This document shows positions 12,436 through 26,102 of a stretch of 64,000 bases of DNA, one piece after another; position 1 is the first letter of the stretch; every line of letters begins with the position of its first letter. Origin of the DNA: Chiloscyllium plagiosum (lineage: Eukaryota); assembly GCF_004010195.1 (NCBI RefSeq), contig NC_057750.1:14095265-14159264 (forward strand), given 5' to 3'. Made by a program: the position numbers and the translations under genes. Below the pieces are notes generated by a model. The model saw nothing but the letters and a program-made list of their open reading frames with translations. It did no database searches and was not told where the DNA came from.

Positions 12436-14404
12436 TCAAAAAGTGCAGCACTAAAAAAGCACAGCAGGTCGGGCAGCATCAGAGGAACAGGAGAGTCAAT
12501 ATTTCAGGCATAAGCCCTTCATCAGGAATGTGGTGGGGGTGAAGGAGGCTGAGAGATAAATAGGAGGCTGAGGGTGGGGTGAGGGAAAGTAGCTGGGAAG
12601 GCGATAGGTAGATGCAGGTGAGCGATGATAGTGATAGGTTGAAGGTGAGGGTGGAGCAGATAGGTGGGAAGGAAGATGGACAGGTGGACCAATCCAAGAG
12701 GGCGATGTCGAGTTGAAGGGTTGGTTCTGGGATGAGGTGGGGGGGAGGGGAGATTAGGAAACTAGTGAAGTCTATGTTGATGATGTGTGGTTGAAGGGCC
12801 CCAAGGTGGAAGATCAGGCATTCTTCCTCCAGTCGTTGGATTTTGTGGTGAAGGAAACCCAGGACTTGCATGTGCTTGACAGAGTGGGAGGGGGAGTTGA
12901 AGTGGTCCGCCATAGGGTGGTGGGGTTATTTGGTGCATGTATCCAAGGGATGTTCTCTGAACTGTTCCATAAGTTCTTCAGAGAATACGTGTAACAGTCC
13001 ATCTTCCGCAGTCACACTGACACCATCCCCCACCTTTTCCTCCACTATACTGATGACTGTATCAGCGCCACCTCGTGCTCTCACAAGGAGGTTGAACAGT
13101 TCATCAACTTCACTAACACCTTCTACCCTGACCTTAAGTTTTCCTGGAACATCTCGGACCCCTCCCATCCCTTCTTGGACCTCTCTGTCTCCATCTCCAA
13201 CACAGACATCTATTTCAAGCCCACCGACTCCCACAGCTACCTGGACTACACCCCCTCCCACCCTATTCCAATAAAAAGGGAATTGCTTCTTCCCAGTTCC
13301 TCTGCTTCTGCTATATCTGCTCCCACGAAGAACCATTCCACTCCAGGAAATCCCAGCTGGCCTCCTACTTCAAGGATCACAATTTCCCCTCCCACATGAT
13401 CAACAATGCCCTCCAGCGCATCTCCTCCACTTCCCATCACTCCAACCACAACAAGAATGGAACTCCCCTGCTCCTCAACTTTGACCCCATTAATCTCCAG
13501 ATACAGTGCATTATCCTCCGCCATTTCTGCCACCTACCACCACCAAAGATATATGTCCCTTCCAACCCCTATCTGCGTTCTGCAGAGACCATTCCCTCCC
13601 TGACTCCTTCATTAGGTCCATGCTCCCCCACCAACCCATTTCCACATCCAACACCTTCCCTTGTCACCACAAGAGGTGTAAAACCTATGCCCACACCTCC
13701 CCCTTTACCTCTGTTCAAGGTCCCAAAAGATCTTTTACATCCGGATAAGATTTTCCTCCACATCCAAACACCTCATCTACTGTGTCGGTTGCTCTTGATG
13801 TGGTCTCCTCTACTTTAGGGAAATGGGATGCCAACTCGTGGAATGTTTCAGGAAACACCTCTGGGACACATGCATCCAACAACCCCACTGCCTTGTGACC
13901 AGTCACTTCAAATCCCCCTCCCACTCCGCCAAGGACATGCAAGTCCTGAGCCTCCTCCACCGCCAAATCCAAGCCATTTGACAACTGGTGGAAGAATGCC
14001 TCATCTTCCACCTTGGGACCCTTCAACCACATGGCATCAACATCGATTTCACTAGTTTCCTAATCTCCCCTCCCCCCACCTCATCCCAGATTCAACCCTC
14101 CAACTCGGCACTGTCTCTTGAACTGTGCCACCTGTCCAACTTTCTTCCCAACTATCCACTCCACCATCCTCACCAACCTATCACTATCACCCCTCCACCT
14201 GCATCTAACAATAGCCTTCCCAGCTACCTTCCCCACAGCCCCACCCTCCTGTCTATCTCTCAGCCCGCTTCCCCCATTCCTGATGAAGGGCTTATGCCTG
14301 AAACGTTATTTTTCTGCTCCTCGGATGCTGTCGGACCTGCTGTGCTTTTCCAGCACCAAACCTTTTGATTCTGATCTCCAGCATCTACAGTCCTCATTTT
14401 CTCC
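12436..14404. mobile_element. Penelope-like element with inverted 5' arm (minus-strand 3' fragment ~12436-12975 joined to plus-strand RT-C/GIY-YIG ~12976-14404)
   Basis: Both arms are homologous to the 44127-46289 element. CTGATGA hammerhead motifs near 14280 (+) and 12520 (-). Nested within an older Penelope-derived hairpin (~12260-12430 plus ~14405-14695). Confidence 0.85.
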
Positions 14405-14871
14405 TGGCGGAGACAGGGCCCAGAGAAAGAAAGAGATTGAGACAAAAGAGTAGGCAAATAAAGGAATAGTTGGTACTAGGCCAGGGGAAAAGAGAAACTA
14501 GATAGGTGATAATGGGGCAGTGAGTAATTGAAAGTAACATATTTTCCTAGCTGCTTCTACCTCTGAAGAAGGGTTACAGGACTTGAAACGTTATCTCTAG
14601 CTTTCTCTCCACAAATATTGCCAAATCTGCTGAGTTTCTCTCACAGTTTCTGTTTGTTTCAGATCTCCAGAATCCAGCAGTTCCTTGTTTTATTGCAGAA
14701 TTTGATGGGTCTTCTAATTAAGATGTTCAACATACAGCAGCTGAAAGATATCTCCTCTGGTAGAACCCAAGGCTTTATATTAAAATCAGAGCTGATTCAG
14801 AGGCTAAATTCAACAAGTACACGTAAGGTAGCAGAAAATATGGAGCGCTCGTCCCCAAAAAGAGACGTAAC

Positions 14872-16125
14872 TGTGGTGAAACGGTTAAAAATTATGTCCC
14901 AATACATGTGTGAATCTAACCGGAATGGAGGTGTTGCTTAGTCCCGTGTGAATCTTATTACACACCTCCCCGTGTGAATCTTCTTATCTGTATGTAACCA
15001 GAATGGAATGTGTTTTTTAGCCTTGCTCTGCTGTTCACATGAATGTTTATATTTGGAAAAGAGTATATCAGCTGGAAAAGTCTCCAGTTCGGTGAGTCTG
15101 CTCCGGGGTTACGTTTAACCTTCCTTTGATATGGGGCTCAAAACTGCTTTCAGTATTCCAAATGTGATCTGACCAGAGCCTTATACAGGAATGTATTTCT
15201 CCTCGTTTTCTAGTCGTCTTGAAATGAATGCTAACGTTACACTTGCCTTCCTAACTGCCAACTGAACCTGCATTTTAACTTTAAGAGAATCCTGAACTCA
15301 GACTCCCAAGTTCCTTTGTGCTTCAGGTTACTGAAGCTTTTCTCCATTTAGAAAATTATCTACACCTCTAATCTTCCTACCAAACTGCATAACTTCACAC
15401 TTTCCCACACTATATTCCATTTACCAATTCTTTGCCTACCCTCTTGTGGTGAAAGGGTTAAAATTATGTCCCAATACATGTGTGAATCATTATGCAACAC
15501 ATGTATTGTGCCAAGCAGTGGAATGTGGTGAAAGGGTTAACATTGTGTCCCAATACATGTGTGAATCTAACCGGAATGGAGGTGTTGCTTAGTCCCGTGT
15601 GAATCTTATTATACACCTTCCCGTGTGAATCTTCTTATCTGTATGTAACCAGAATGGAATGTGTTTTTTAGCCTTGCTCTGCTGTTATTATCTGTATGTA
15701 ACCAGAATGGAATGTGTTTTTTAGCCTTGCTCTGCTCTAACCGAAAATGGAAGGTGTCGCTTAGTCTCGTGTGAATCTTGTTATACACCTTCCCGTGTGA
15801 ATCTTCTTATCTGTATGTAACCAGAATGGAATGTGTTTTTTAGCCTTGCTCTGCTGTTCACATGAATGTTTATATCTGGAAAAGAGTATATCAGCTGGAA
15901 AAGTCTCCAGTTCGGTGAGTCTGCTCCGGGGTTACGTTTAACCGCCGAGCGTGGGTTGTTGGCAACCGCTCTACGAGAACTGACGGCTCCCAGTTCCGGT
16001 AACATGTAGAGTGAGTATAAGCCAGACCCGTTGGTTGTGGCGACGCTGCGGGGAATAAAATGCCCATATTCTAGCAGACTCACCTCTTGGTCGTTTGTTC
16101 TGTGTCAGACTACTCTCCTACGAAC
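14872..16125 (+). mobile_element. LTR-like element with partial duplications and internal tandem sub-repeats, enclosing a CR1 fragment
   Basis: TGTGGTGAAA starts at 14872, 15445 and 15524. A ~50-bp unit occurs three times within 15635-15860. TATA-like gagtataagcc and AATAAA at ~16054. CR1 piece at 15121-15444. Confidence 0.65.
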
Positions 16126-17700
16126 CTGACCTTGAGAATTTTTTAAAACAGTAACAGAAGTTGAAAAATTGAGATTGATAACTTTTTGTTGGATAAAAGT
16201 ATTTACATAATTTGTAATCAAGGCAAGTAAACAGAGTTAAGATGGAGCGAAGCTGCAGATCTAAATGAATGGGAGAATATTACTGAAAAGGTGATATGTT
16301 TCCGAAGCTTTTTGTCTTACACTCATCAAGCAAGTTCCAAATGATCACAACAATTTATTACAATTGATTAAAATGATTGTAAAGTTACTTTTAAAATTGG
16401 CAGTCTCGAGTCTGTCTTGATGAATGCAACATGAAAATCTTTGGCACCATGCTTCTCTTTTTGGAAATAGTCAAGGTCAGCATAACTGTTTGAATGGTCA
16501 AATAAGTCTCAATGTTACTAGTTCCTTTATCATACCAAAGTACTGTATACATTAGTTACAGATATCAATAAAAGAATAATGCCCTAGGTCATACAGAGGA
16601 GTAAAATAAATATCAAAAGTTCAGATCTTCACAATTTTTATACAATGGATAGAAGCTCAGTCAAGTGATACTACTTTCATTCCACCCTGTTGCAACTTCT
16701 ACAGAATTAGCTGGTTGTTTGAATGAAAAATATATCCTTCTACTCTTACCATCTTACAGCAATTGCTTTAACTCACAATGTCATTGTGTACAATCATTTC
16801 AAGAGATTTGTTAATGAAAAGCTCAAATAGCTAGAGTCATCTTTAGACGTGCCAATTCATGGAAATTGGATAACCAGTTAAAATGGTTTCAACAAACTAC
16901 TTCCTGTGATCTTGCTTTCCTCTAGCAGGTTGGAATTTTACCTTGCTCTTTCAAAGTGAGGGGAGTAACTGCTGGAAGTCACTAGCATCCTGCTTTAAGA
17001 ACATAGAACATAGAAAAGTACAGCACAGAACAGGCCCTTTAACCTACAATGTTGTGCCAAGGATTAATCCCAATGTAAAATAAAATAACAACCTCCGCAC
17101 TCCTCAATTCACTGCTATCCATATGCAGTTTGGATATAAAAATGTCATCGGAGCCTGAGTGCAAATGGAATATTCCCCACTTGCCTGGTTGGGGGCAGCT
17201 CTAACAATGTTCAAGAAGGTTGACACCATCCAAGACAAAACAGCCTACTTGATTGGCACCACATCCGCAAACATCCATTCCCTCCACCACTGAAAATCAG
17301 AAGCAGCAGTGTAGAACTTCGCAAAGATCCTTGGACAGCACCTTCTAAATCCATGACAACTTCCATTTAGAAGGACAAGTGCGGCAGATACACAGGAACA
17401 TGACCATCTGCATGTTCCCCTCCAAACCACTCACTATCCTTCACTGTCACTGGGTCTAAATACTGGAATTCCCTTAATATGGGTATTGTGGGTCACCCCA
17501 CAAAACATGGACTGCAGCAGTTCAAGAAGACAGCTCACCACCATCTTCTCAAAAGCAGCTAAGTTGATTTTCTGGTCAATGGTAACCCTCAGGACGCTGT
17601 TAGCAGGGGATTCAGTTATGATAATGCCATTGAATGTCAAGGAGCAATAGTTAGACTGCCTCCTATTGGAAATTGGCATTGCCTGTCATTTGTGTAACTT

Positions 17701-17916
17701 TGAGGAGAAAGTGAGGTCTGCAGATGCTGGAGATCAGAGATGGAAATGTGTTGCTGGAAAAGCGCAGCAGGTCAGGCAGCATCTAGGGAACAGGAGAATC
17801 GACGTTTCGGGCATTAGCCCTTCCTCATTCCTGAAGAAGGGCTAATGCCCGAAACGTCGATTCTCCTGTTCCCTAGATGCTGCCTGACCTGCTGCGCTTT
17901 TCCAGCAACACATTTC
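17701..17916. mobile_element. Short Penelope-derived hairpin element
   Basis: Near-perfect inverted arms of ~85 bp and a ~37-nt unpaired tail. TSD CATTTGT(G/A)TAACTT at 17687-17700 and 17917-17930. Confidence 0.85.
17826..17863 (+). ncRNA. Minimal hammerhead ribozyme motif
   Basis: cattc-CTGAAGA-a-gggc(taat)gccc-GAAA-cGTC-gattc; palindromic ACGT in place of stem III and a GUC triplet. Confidence 0.6.
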
Positions 17917-20120
17917 CATTTGTATAACTTGCCGCTTGTCAGCCACAGCCTGGATATTGTCCAGGTCTTGATGCATTTGGACATGGACTGCTTCAGTACA
18001 TGAGGTGTCACAAATGGTGATGATCATTAGCAAACATCCCCACTTCTGACTTTATGATGATGGGAAAACTATTGATGAAGCAGCTGAAGATGGTTAAACC
18101 TTTAACAGTCCCTGAGGAACCCCTGCAGAGATGTCCTGGAGCTGAGATGACTGACCTCCAACAATCATAACCATCTTCCTATGTGCCAGGTATGACTCCA
18201 ACCAGTGAAGTGTTTTCCCCCATTTTCTATTTACTCCAGTTTCGCTAGGGCTTCTCGATGCCACATTTTGTCAAATAGAGTAAGTAATGTCACGCTCACC
18301 TCACCTCTTAAGTTCAGGCTTTTTGTCCGAATATAGTAGAAATCTTTTTTGGTACAGCAAAAAAAAATCATTTTGATGATAGGACTGGAGAATCACTGAT
18401 TAGATTAAAATTCTAAATGATTATATTCAAACTTTCTTTTTTACTTTCCGGCATTTGTAGAGCTTAAGATAACAGATGACTATGGAAGGGTAGACATGAT
18501 GATAAGTGGAGTGACTTCAGTGTAAGAGTAAAGCAGCTGGACAGGATTCATCATTGGGCAAGTGGTAACTGAAGTGGCAAGTGACTGAACTTTGATATAG
18601 TTGCAAAGCACCAACAAGAACTTGTATCCTTTTTGTAGTTTAATCCCCACCATTTTAAATGTCTCTATTCAAGACAGCAACCTTAACTGACCTCCCTCTG
18701 GAATCTCATTGCTGTGTGCTTTTATGTGGAACAGGCCAGCAGTATTCTTTGTGTTATAGACCTTTATCCATTATATCCACTTGCTCATGTACAAACTGTG
18801 CCACGAGGGTATTTTCATAAATGTATGGCTCAACCACTGAATTTTATTTCATAATATCAGAATGACCATGTTTATTAAATAACTGTATATGATATTGATT
18901 GGTAATTACTTAAATTATTCCCCTTGTCAACCTCTCCCCTTGCCTGAGGTGTGGTGGTCCTCTGTTTAAATCACCACCAGTCATCTCTCTCTAATGAGAC
19001 AGCAGCCCTATGGTGACTTAATTTAAATTATTCTATCAAAATACCAGATTCTCATAAAATAAGACAAAGACTGTGGATGCTGGAAATATGAAGCAAAACC
19101 TTTCTCTTTTTGCGTGAGATTCCCATGCTAATTCCAGGCAAAATCTCCTTGTCACTAACAGTATGTGTTCTACAAGGCAAACAAATAAATGCTAACAATG
19201 TATCAGCATAGAATAGCATGTGAGGATGTCTTGTGATACAGTTGGTAGTATCTCTGCCTCTGAGCCAGAAACTCATGGTTCAACTCCCACTCAGAGAAGG
19301 TGAGATTATGATGCAGCCAAATAGGCTGAGTATTAACCTACAAATGCCTTCAGACACATGTCAATGGTAAGAGTGGGGCAAGACTTTTGGCCAGCCATGT
19401 AATTGAAAGGATTATTGGGCTGACTACTCATAGCTCCGGCTACAATGTGCATGCTGCCACAGCAACGTTGACAACATTTGGGGTAGTGGGGGGTACAGGT
19501 GTCTGAATGGCCAGAGTGGACCAGGTTGATGCCAACAATTAGGGTTTTAACCTCATCCTACTTGGGGTGGATTGAAGTACTGCCTCCTCGCTCTGCTCCA
19601 TGGTGGAGATCATGGAGATTTTGTGGGTCAGATCTGCCTGAAGAGATAAACGGATTTAGCATAGTAAGACCATAAGACAGAGGAATAGAAATTAGGCCAT
19701 TCAGCCCATCTGGTCTGCTCTGCCATTCAATCATGTCTGATAAATTTCTCAACCCCATTCTCCTGCTTTCTCCTCATAACCTTAATCCCCTTGATACTCA
19801 AGAACTTATCTATCTCAGTCTTAATATAATCAATGACATGGCCTCCACAGCCTTCTGTGGCAATTAATTCCATAGATTCACCACTCTCTGGCTGAAGAGA
19901 TTTCACCTTAATTCTGTCTCCTTTACTCTAAGGCTATGCCCTCAGGTCCTAGTCTATCCTACCAATGGAAACGTATTCCCAACATCTAGCCCAGGCCATT
20001 CAGTATTCTGTATGTTTCAATTAGATGCCCCCTCATCTTTCTAAACGCCATCAAGCATAAACCCAGAGTTCTCAAACGTTCCTCATATGTTAAGATTTTC
20101 ATTCCTGGGACCATTCTCAT

Positions 20121-20770
20121 TGTTGTAGGGAAAAACACCAGTCTCAGAGTCAGAATCGGGGTTCAGTGACAGAGGTTATTGCACAAGGAAATAGCGGAGC
20201 TCCAGGGAGGGAAAGACACGAATAGTACAGTGGTCAGTGATGAGATTGTTGTCTTTTTAACATGGTTTGCTTATGGCAATCATTGCAGAATCGTTGATAG
20301 TTTCAGCGCAGCCTTTGTTAATTTCCGTGTGGTCATTGCCAGTTTCAGTGTAGACATTGTCAGTTTCAATGTCTGCACAGAAATTCATTGCTGTCGTAAT
20401 GGACGCTAACCGCTCTTCCTGAGAAGGGTGATTACTGCAGTCCTGGCTATTAGCATTTCATATTGAGTCTGTATCAAGCTGTTAGCATTTCTATAAGAGG
20501 TGCTGGCTGGACCCAGACACTTCGGCAGGCAGTATTCATTACTCATGTGCATTCTCTCTCCCACCCGCCTTAAACTAATCAACTGGGTTGTGAGTGCATT
20601 GTGCTGGCATTCTGGTGGCCCCAGGCAGAGTCTGTATCTGCTCTGCTGTTTCGCTCCATATTGTGATCCGGCAGCCATCTTGAGTGTCAAGTTGGCCAAC
20701 TGATGGCTCAGCAGCCATTTGTGTGTCCGTGTGCCTAGTGTCACCCTGCCTCGTGCATTCTCCCTCTTCA
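20121..20770 (-). mobile_element. Solo LTR (650 bp) inserted in a CR1
   Basis: Minus-strand termini TGAAG...CAACA, TSD TCAT/TCGT, and the flanking CR1 sequence rejoins across it. Confidence 0.8.
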
Positions 20771-21268
20771 TCGTGAACCTCCTCTGAACACACTCCAGGA
20801 CCAGTACATCCTTCCAGAGATATGAAGCCCAAAACTATGAACGATACTCCAAATGCAGTCTAACCAGAGCCTTATAGAGCTTCAGAAAAGCCTCCTGCTC
20901 TCATATTCAAGTCTTCTCAAAATAAATGCCATCATAGCAGACCTGACCTCCCCTTGATGAAACCATGCTGACTTTGCCCTACTTTACCATGCATTTTTCC
21001 AAGTATTCAGAAATCTCATCCTTCACAATGGATTCCAGGATCTTACCCACGACCAAAGTGTGGCTAATCAGTCTGTAATTTTCTGTCTTTGCCTTACTCC
21101 CTTTTTAAACAAGGTGTCACATTAGCCATTTTCCAGTCCCCTGTGACCCTCCCTGATTCTAGCGATTCCTGAAAGATTACCACTAATGCCTCCACTATCT
21201 CTTCAGCTATCTCCCTTAAAATTCTGAGGTGTAGCCCACCTGGTCCAGGTGATTTATCCACCTTCAGG

Positions 21269-21941
21269 TATTATGAAGTTGAAGGCATATGCTGTACCTT
21301 TAAGAGAGAGTGAGTGCTGTTCGGAACTGAGAGCTTACATGAGCAGTCTCAGGGTGTACTGGAAAATTGAAAATATGTAACATTTGGCTGTGAAATGGAT
21401 ACCTGAGTTGTTTGCTGTTTTGACAACAATTCAAATTTAACCAATCATTTTAAATTATGTCCCAATTGAGTTTGAATTTATTGTTTTTCCAACATTGAAC
21501 CAATGAGATGATCCAATGTTAGGAATATAAAACAGACAGGCATTTTGAAAATCAGTCAGAGTAACTGCCATCGAGAAAGACCCAAGACATTGAAACCCTC
21601 TCTATCAAAGGTAACTTTTCGTATGAAACATCTTCACAGTAAAAGAAAGAAGACGACCCAGGCAGATCTTCAGCCGGAAGAAGACAAACACTGAAGACGA
21701 CAGCTGCTGTACGGTTTTGAAATTAAATTGATGTAATTTCCATAAAGGTTTCATTGGAACAGTATATTCTTATAGATTTGGTGGCAGGTAATAAACAGTT
21801 AAGACAAATTGATAATATTTTCTTTAAATAGTGGAATTTGGGAGTTCTCTGCCTCTCATATTTTAACAGATTACGAGGCGAGGTGAGCTTTTCTGGGTGT
21901 TTTGTTTAATTAACAGAGGGGTTCACTGCCGTGTCATAACA
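21269..21941 (+). mobile_element. Solo LTR (Gypsy-like) inserted in a CR1
   Basis: T(A)TTATG...CATAACA termini, TSD CAGG/CAGA, TATAAAA at ~21526. Homologous to 51734-52467. Confidence 0.8.
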
Positions 21942-24900
21942 CAGACCATCCAGTTTTTCTTGCACCTTCTCCTTGGTGACGGCCACCAGACTCAGCTCTG
22001 CCCCCTCCCTCTCTTGAATTTTTTTATAATTCATAATACCGCATTTATTGAATTTCTCCATGACAAGCTTAGTGATATCCCATACTTCTGTTGATTAACC
22101 ATATCAGCAATGAAGCAAGGCACTAAATCAAACAATGGCATATTAGAATAAACAGGTAAAAGCAAACATTCCATCTGATTGTTACATTTAAAATTTGCAT
22201 CCTAGCTTTGGCCTTAAGTCAAATCATCTATTGGTTTACTTTTTCATTGAACCATCAATTTTAAAACTAGTTCATTTGAAGAAAGCATCAACTGGAGGAT
22301 CGAGGCTTGAGACTTGCAAGCACTTGTGGCAAGGGAGCTTTTGAGCACTGTCCAGTGATGTTGATTTAATTATTTGTACTCTAATGTCTGAACAGTCAGT
22401 TGAAAGGTTCTTGGGAGACAGCAGAACCAAATTATAAAACGTGTTTTCAGCTAAGTGGTACTATATCACTTTTTTTGAAGAGAAATTTCAAAGAGCTTGA
22501 GATACAATGAATTTCTTTGAAGTGCAATGACCATTATTTGGGCACCTGCAGCATTCATTTCACGCCCAGCTAGATCCCACAAACAAACAAATGACATAAT
22601 GAGGATTAAGCCTGTTCTGAGTGATATTGGTTAAGAAAGAAACATTGGCCAAAATGGCTTACTGTTCATCTTTAAATACTGTCAGGGATCTTTAAGATGA
22701 TTTAGAACAGCTAGGTGAGTCACCAGTCAGGAAGGCAGCACTGTGTGCACATTCCTTCAGAACTGCAGGGCAGTCAGTAAAAAGCAGCTTGGTGACACCA
22801 CAAAACTGACGTTTTCTGGGTCTAATTAGACTTAAATTCATAGAACAATGAAAAGACTCTGAAAGGAATAATGACTAAATGTACAAAGCAGCTGAATGGC
22901 TTTGTCTATCAACAAAAACATAACAGTGTGAAAGATTAAATTTAAACTGTAAAACTCATTACATTGGATAACAGTACCACTTTTGATCCATACAGGACTT
23001 TATTCTGTTACAGCACTTTGAGAAAATAACAGTTCTACTGGATAAATACATGCAGCAAATGTGATATATATGGATTTTCAGAATGCCTTTGACAAGATGC
23101 ATTTGGAAAAGATGCAGCAAAATGGAGTTTCACATAGGAAAGCCAACTGTATTAAAAACTAGTGAAGGAGTGGAAGTAATAAGTAGTTTTAAAGCGCAAA
23201 TAGACAGGAATAGTTGGAAATTGATAGCAATATCCCACTGAGTTCTATTCTATAACTGCTTCTGTTCACTGTAAACCACTGACTTGGATAGATGGCTGAA
23301 GAAATTTGCAGATAACTCTAAAATCGAAGGCACAGTAAACAATTTTGAGGACTACTGGAAGATACATTAATAAAATTGTGATTTGAGAAGGAACAGTGAC
23401 AAAGACATTTAATGACAATATGTATGAGTTGTAAAATGTAATGGATATGAAAGGGTTAGAATAAAAATAGAATAGAATATCCTTTATTGTCATGTGTACT
23501 CAAGTACAGAAGTACAGGAGCAGAGTAAAAGGTTTACAGTGTCACTCCATATGAGACCATTTAGATACAAAGTACTTAGTACAGATCTTAGATACAAAAT
23601 ACAGAAATAAAGTTAAAAGGATAAGCATTATAGTCTGCCCAGGCTCGCAAGCGACTGACCATCTGCACCCATCCCTATCCAACAACTCTCCAGAACGCTC
23701 AGGCCTCCAGCCCGCTGGCTGTACCCCTCCATGTGAGCCTCGCTCTGCGCAAGTAATGTTGGAGACTGCAATCAATTCCATCCAATCTGAATAGGTCACA
23801 CAGGCTTGTGTGGGTGTAAGGAAGAATATCTTAATATCTCATAGAGTGGAAACCTATGTCCACAGGTATCCTCATAGTTTTTGTAACAATGTTTTTCTAA
23901 TTAATTTAACTTGTCATCTGAAAATTATCATGCAATAAACTATATCTTATTTAAGACAAAAGCCTCTTCTCATTAAATTCTACCACTGACAACCAATAGG
24001 CCTTTAAATCCAGTCAAAGAAAGAGGAGTGGTAGCAGCATTCTCTCACCACAAATCCTGCCGTAGAAGATGTACAGGCTTGGTGATGCGAAAGAGATATT
24101 TGAAGGGTCTAATTCATGAGTCATTAAACGCAACACCTCATGAGGACAATGACTTGAAAACGATTACAGAATGTTGGTTTTACGCAGAGAGACACAGAAA
24201 ATAAAAGTCAAGATGTCCATATAAAACCACATTGTATGGGAATTTTGAGCTCACTAATATTTAAGGTAATAGAGACTATGTGAGCTCATGAGGCACATCA
24301 ATATTATTGGAATGAGATTCTTTTCTGAAAAAAAGACTGGGATCAAATTAAATAAAATGGTAGAAAAGTTTGTACAGTGTTGAATTCAACAGGATGTTGT
24401 CTATAATAAAGAAATACAAATAAATGAAATGTCAATGCATTATACTCACCAAGCCACCTACTGTTGGAATGTCTTTACCCAGCATATTTAATATATAATA
24501 CATTGTATGTCACATCATAAACAATTACCAAATTGGCAAAAGTATATAAAGAGCACTTTGGGTAAATTTTCAATGGATTCCTTGGCATAGGCTAGCATTG
24601 TAAATCAACTGTTTGTTACACAAAACAAAATAACTACATTGAAATTAGTGAAAATGATAAATGGGCAGCTTCCACAGAGGGCCGGTCAAACCAAGGCCCT
24701 TGCTTTGTGTCTGGGTGGCATGCTTGTAAATCTATCTTCATTTCACTGTAGGAAATGTTCATTTGACCCCAGGGACAAATAATCTAGTCTAATGAACTGA
24801 GTTGACTTTGGTTCAGAAAACCAAGAAATGCCACAAGGGAAACACATTTACCTTCATAAGACTGTCCAAACAAAATGAAGCAAGTTAGAATGCATTGAGA

Positions 24901-26102
24901 GTGTTTTCATTTTTAAAGAGTGCAAACATAAGTGAAAGACAAAATAAGATATTAAAAACAGCACTGGTTTGATTCTCATCCCTGAGGCAACCAGGCACAG
25001 TTTCTTTAAAAAGGCAATGTTGTAAGGAGTTGAGGAAAATAAGTAAACAAAATAATGATCTTCCAAAAAGTGGAGTGGAGGATGTACATTGCAACTAAAC
25101 AGGATAGGGCTAATTAGATTATAAATGTTTTCTTGTCTACTATTTTTCATATGATCATAAACAGACTTGTACTTAATAATAGTCACTGATCTGACAGATT
25201 TATCAAGGCATTGACAGCTAATTGGAGATATGAGAACATGAAGTTCCCACTGACTAGGCAGTATCATTAAGATTAACAAAGGAAAATTGCTCGCTTGATT
25301 TACAGAAATCAATCCAATTGCTGGAAGATTAGCACAGATGTCAGTCATGTTTTTCCAATCACCAAATTGGAGGATTATTCTAATTCTAAGTGACGAGAGA
25401 TGGTAGAATGGTACACATTTGGAACCAGAAGCTGGAATAATAATGGAACAGTTGGCGATTAAGTACATTGGGGCACTAAAAACTTATAATATTAAGTGCA
25501 CTGTTACATCATGCATTATGAGACAGATTTGTGACTGGATTGGTGGTTGAAAGAATCCAAAGTCACTTAAATGTACAGTATCTTAGATGTGAAAGAATGC
25601 TTAAGGTTGCTCTTACCATGGAGATGGCATTGTAGAATGCATAACAACTTTGCCAATTGTGGCTAGTACTGCTTCTATTAATTGTCAGGTTTCTGTTATG
25701 TCAGGCAGACCTGATTAGAAGAATGCTAGTGATACAGCCTTGTAAATTGTTATTGCTGTAACAGCAGCCACACAGTGTGAACATATCTCTAAAGAAATGC
25801 CTTATGCTTTAATGGTCAAAAGATAGACCATATTAGAATTGTCTTCGCAGCAAAAAAGAGAGCTCTTTCTAATAGTAATGGAAAACAGGAAGTCACCGGC
25901 TGCAACCTTGAAGTGAATTCAGAGTTCTTTAATGGAGAAGAGCTAAAAATGTACATTATTTATGCAACCAGTGATTATTCAAATGAAAGAGACTTTTGTA
26001 GAAAGGTATTGGTATTTCAACATGTCTATCAATACAACTGTTGATTGCTCAATCATGATTAGCGACATGTATGGATGTGAATTCAGTGATGTACTTCTAA
26101 GT

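Larger units (their letters stand above)
17150..18330. mobile_element. Degraded LINE (L2/CR1-like) fragments in both orientations
   Basis: RT C-terminal remnants such as DLDNIQA.ADK.Q and LRVTIDQK on the minus strand. Confidence 0.5.
19660..21990 (-). mobile_element. CR1 LINE fragments carrying two solo LTRs
   Basis: 3' tail at ~19665, ENDRP(I)SL-type and SPGPGGLHL remnants. Confidence 0.75.

Noticed and set aside
15524..15950. Repeated ~50-bp units resembling a CRISPR array
   Set aside because: There are no unique spacers and no cas genes, and the context is vertebrate. They fit LTR-internal tandem repeats.
24854..25468. 204-aa minus-strand ORF
   Set aside because: AT-rich, non-ATG start and no recognisable homology, so it is not supportable as a CDS.
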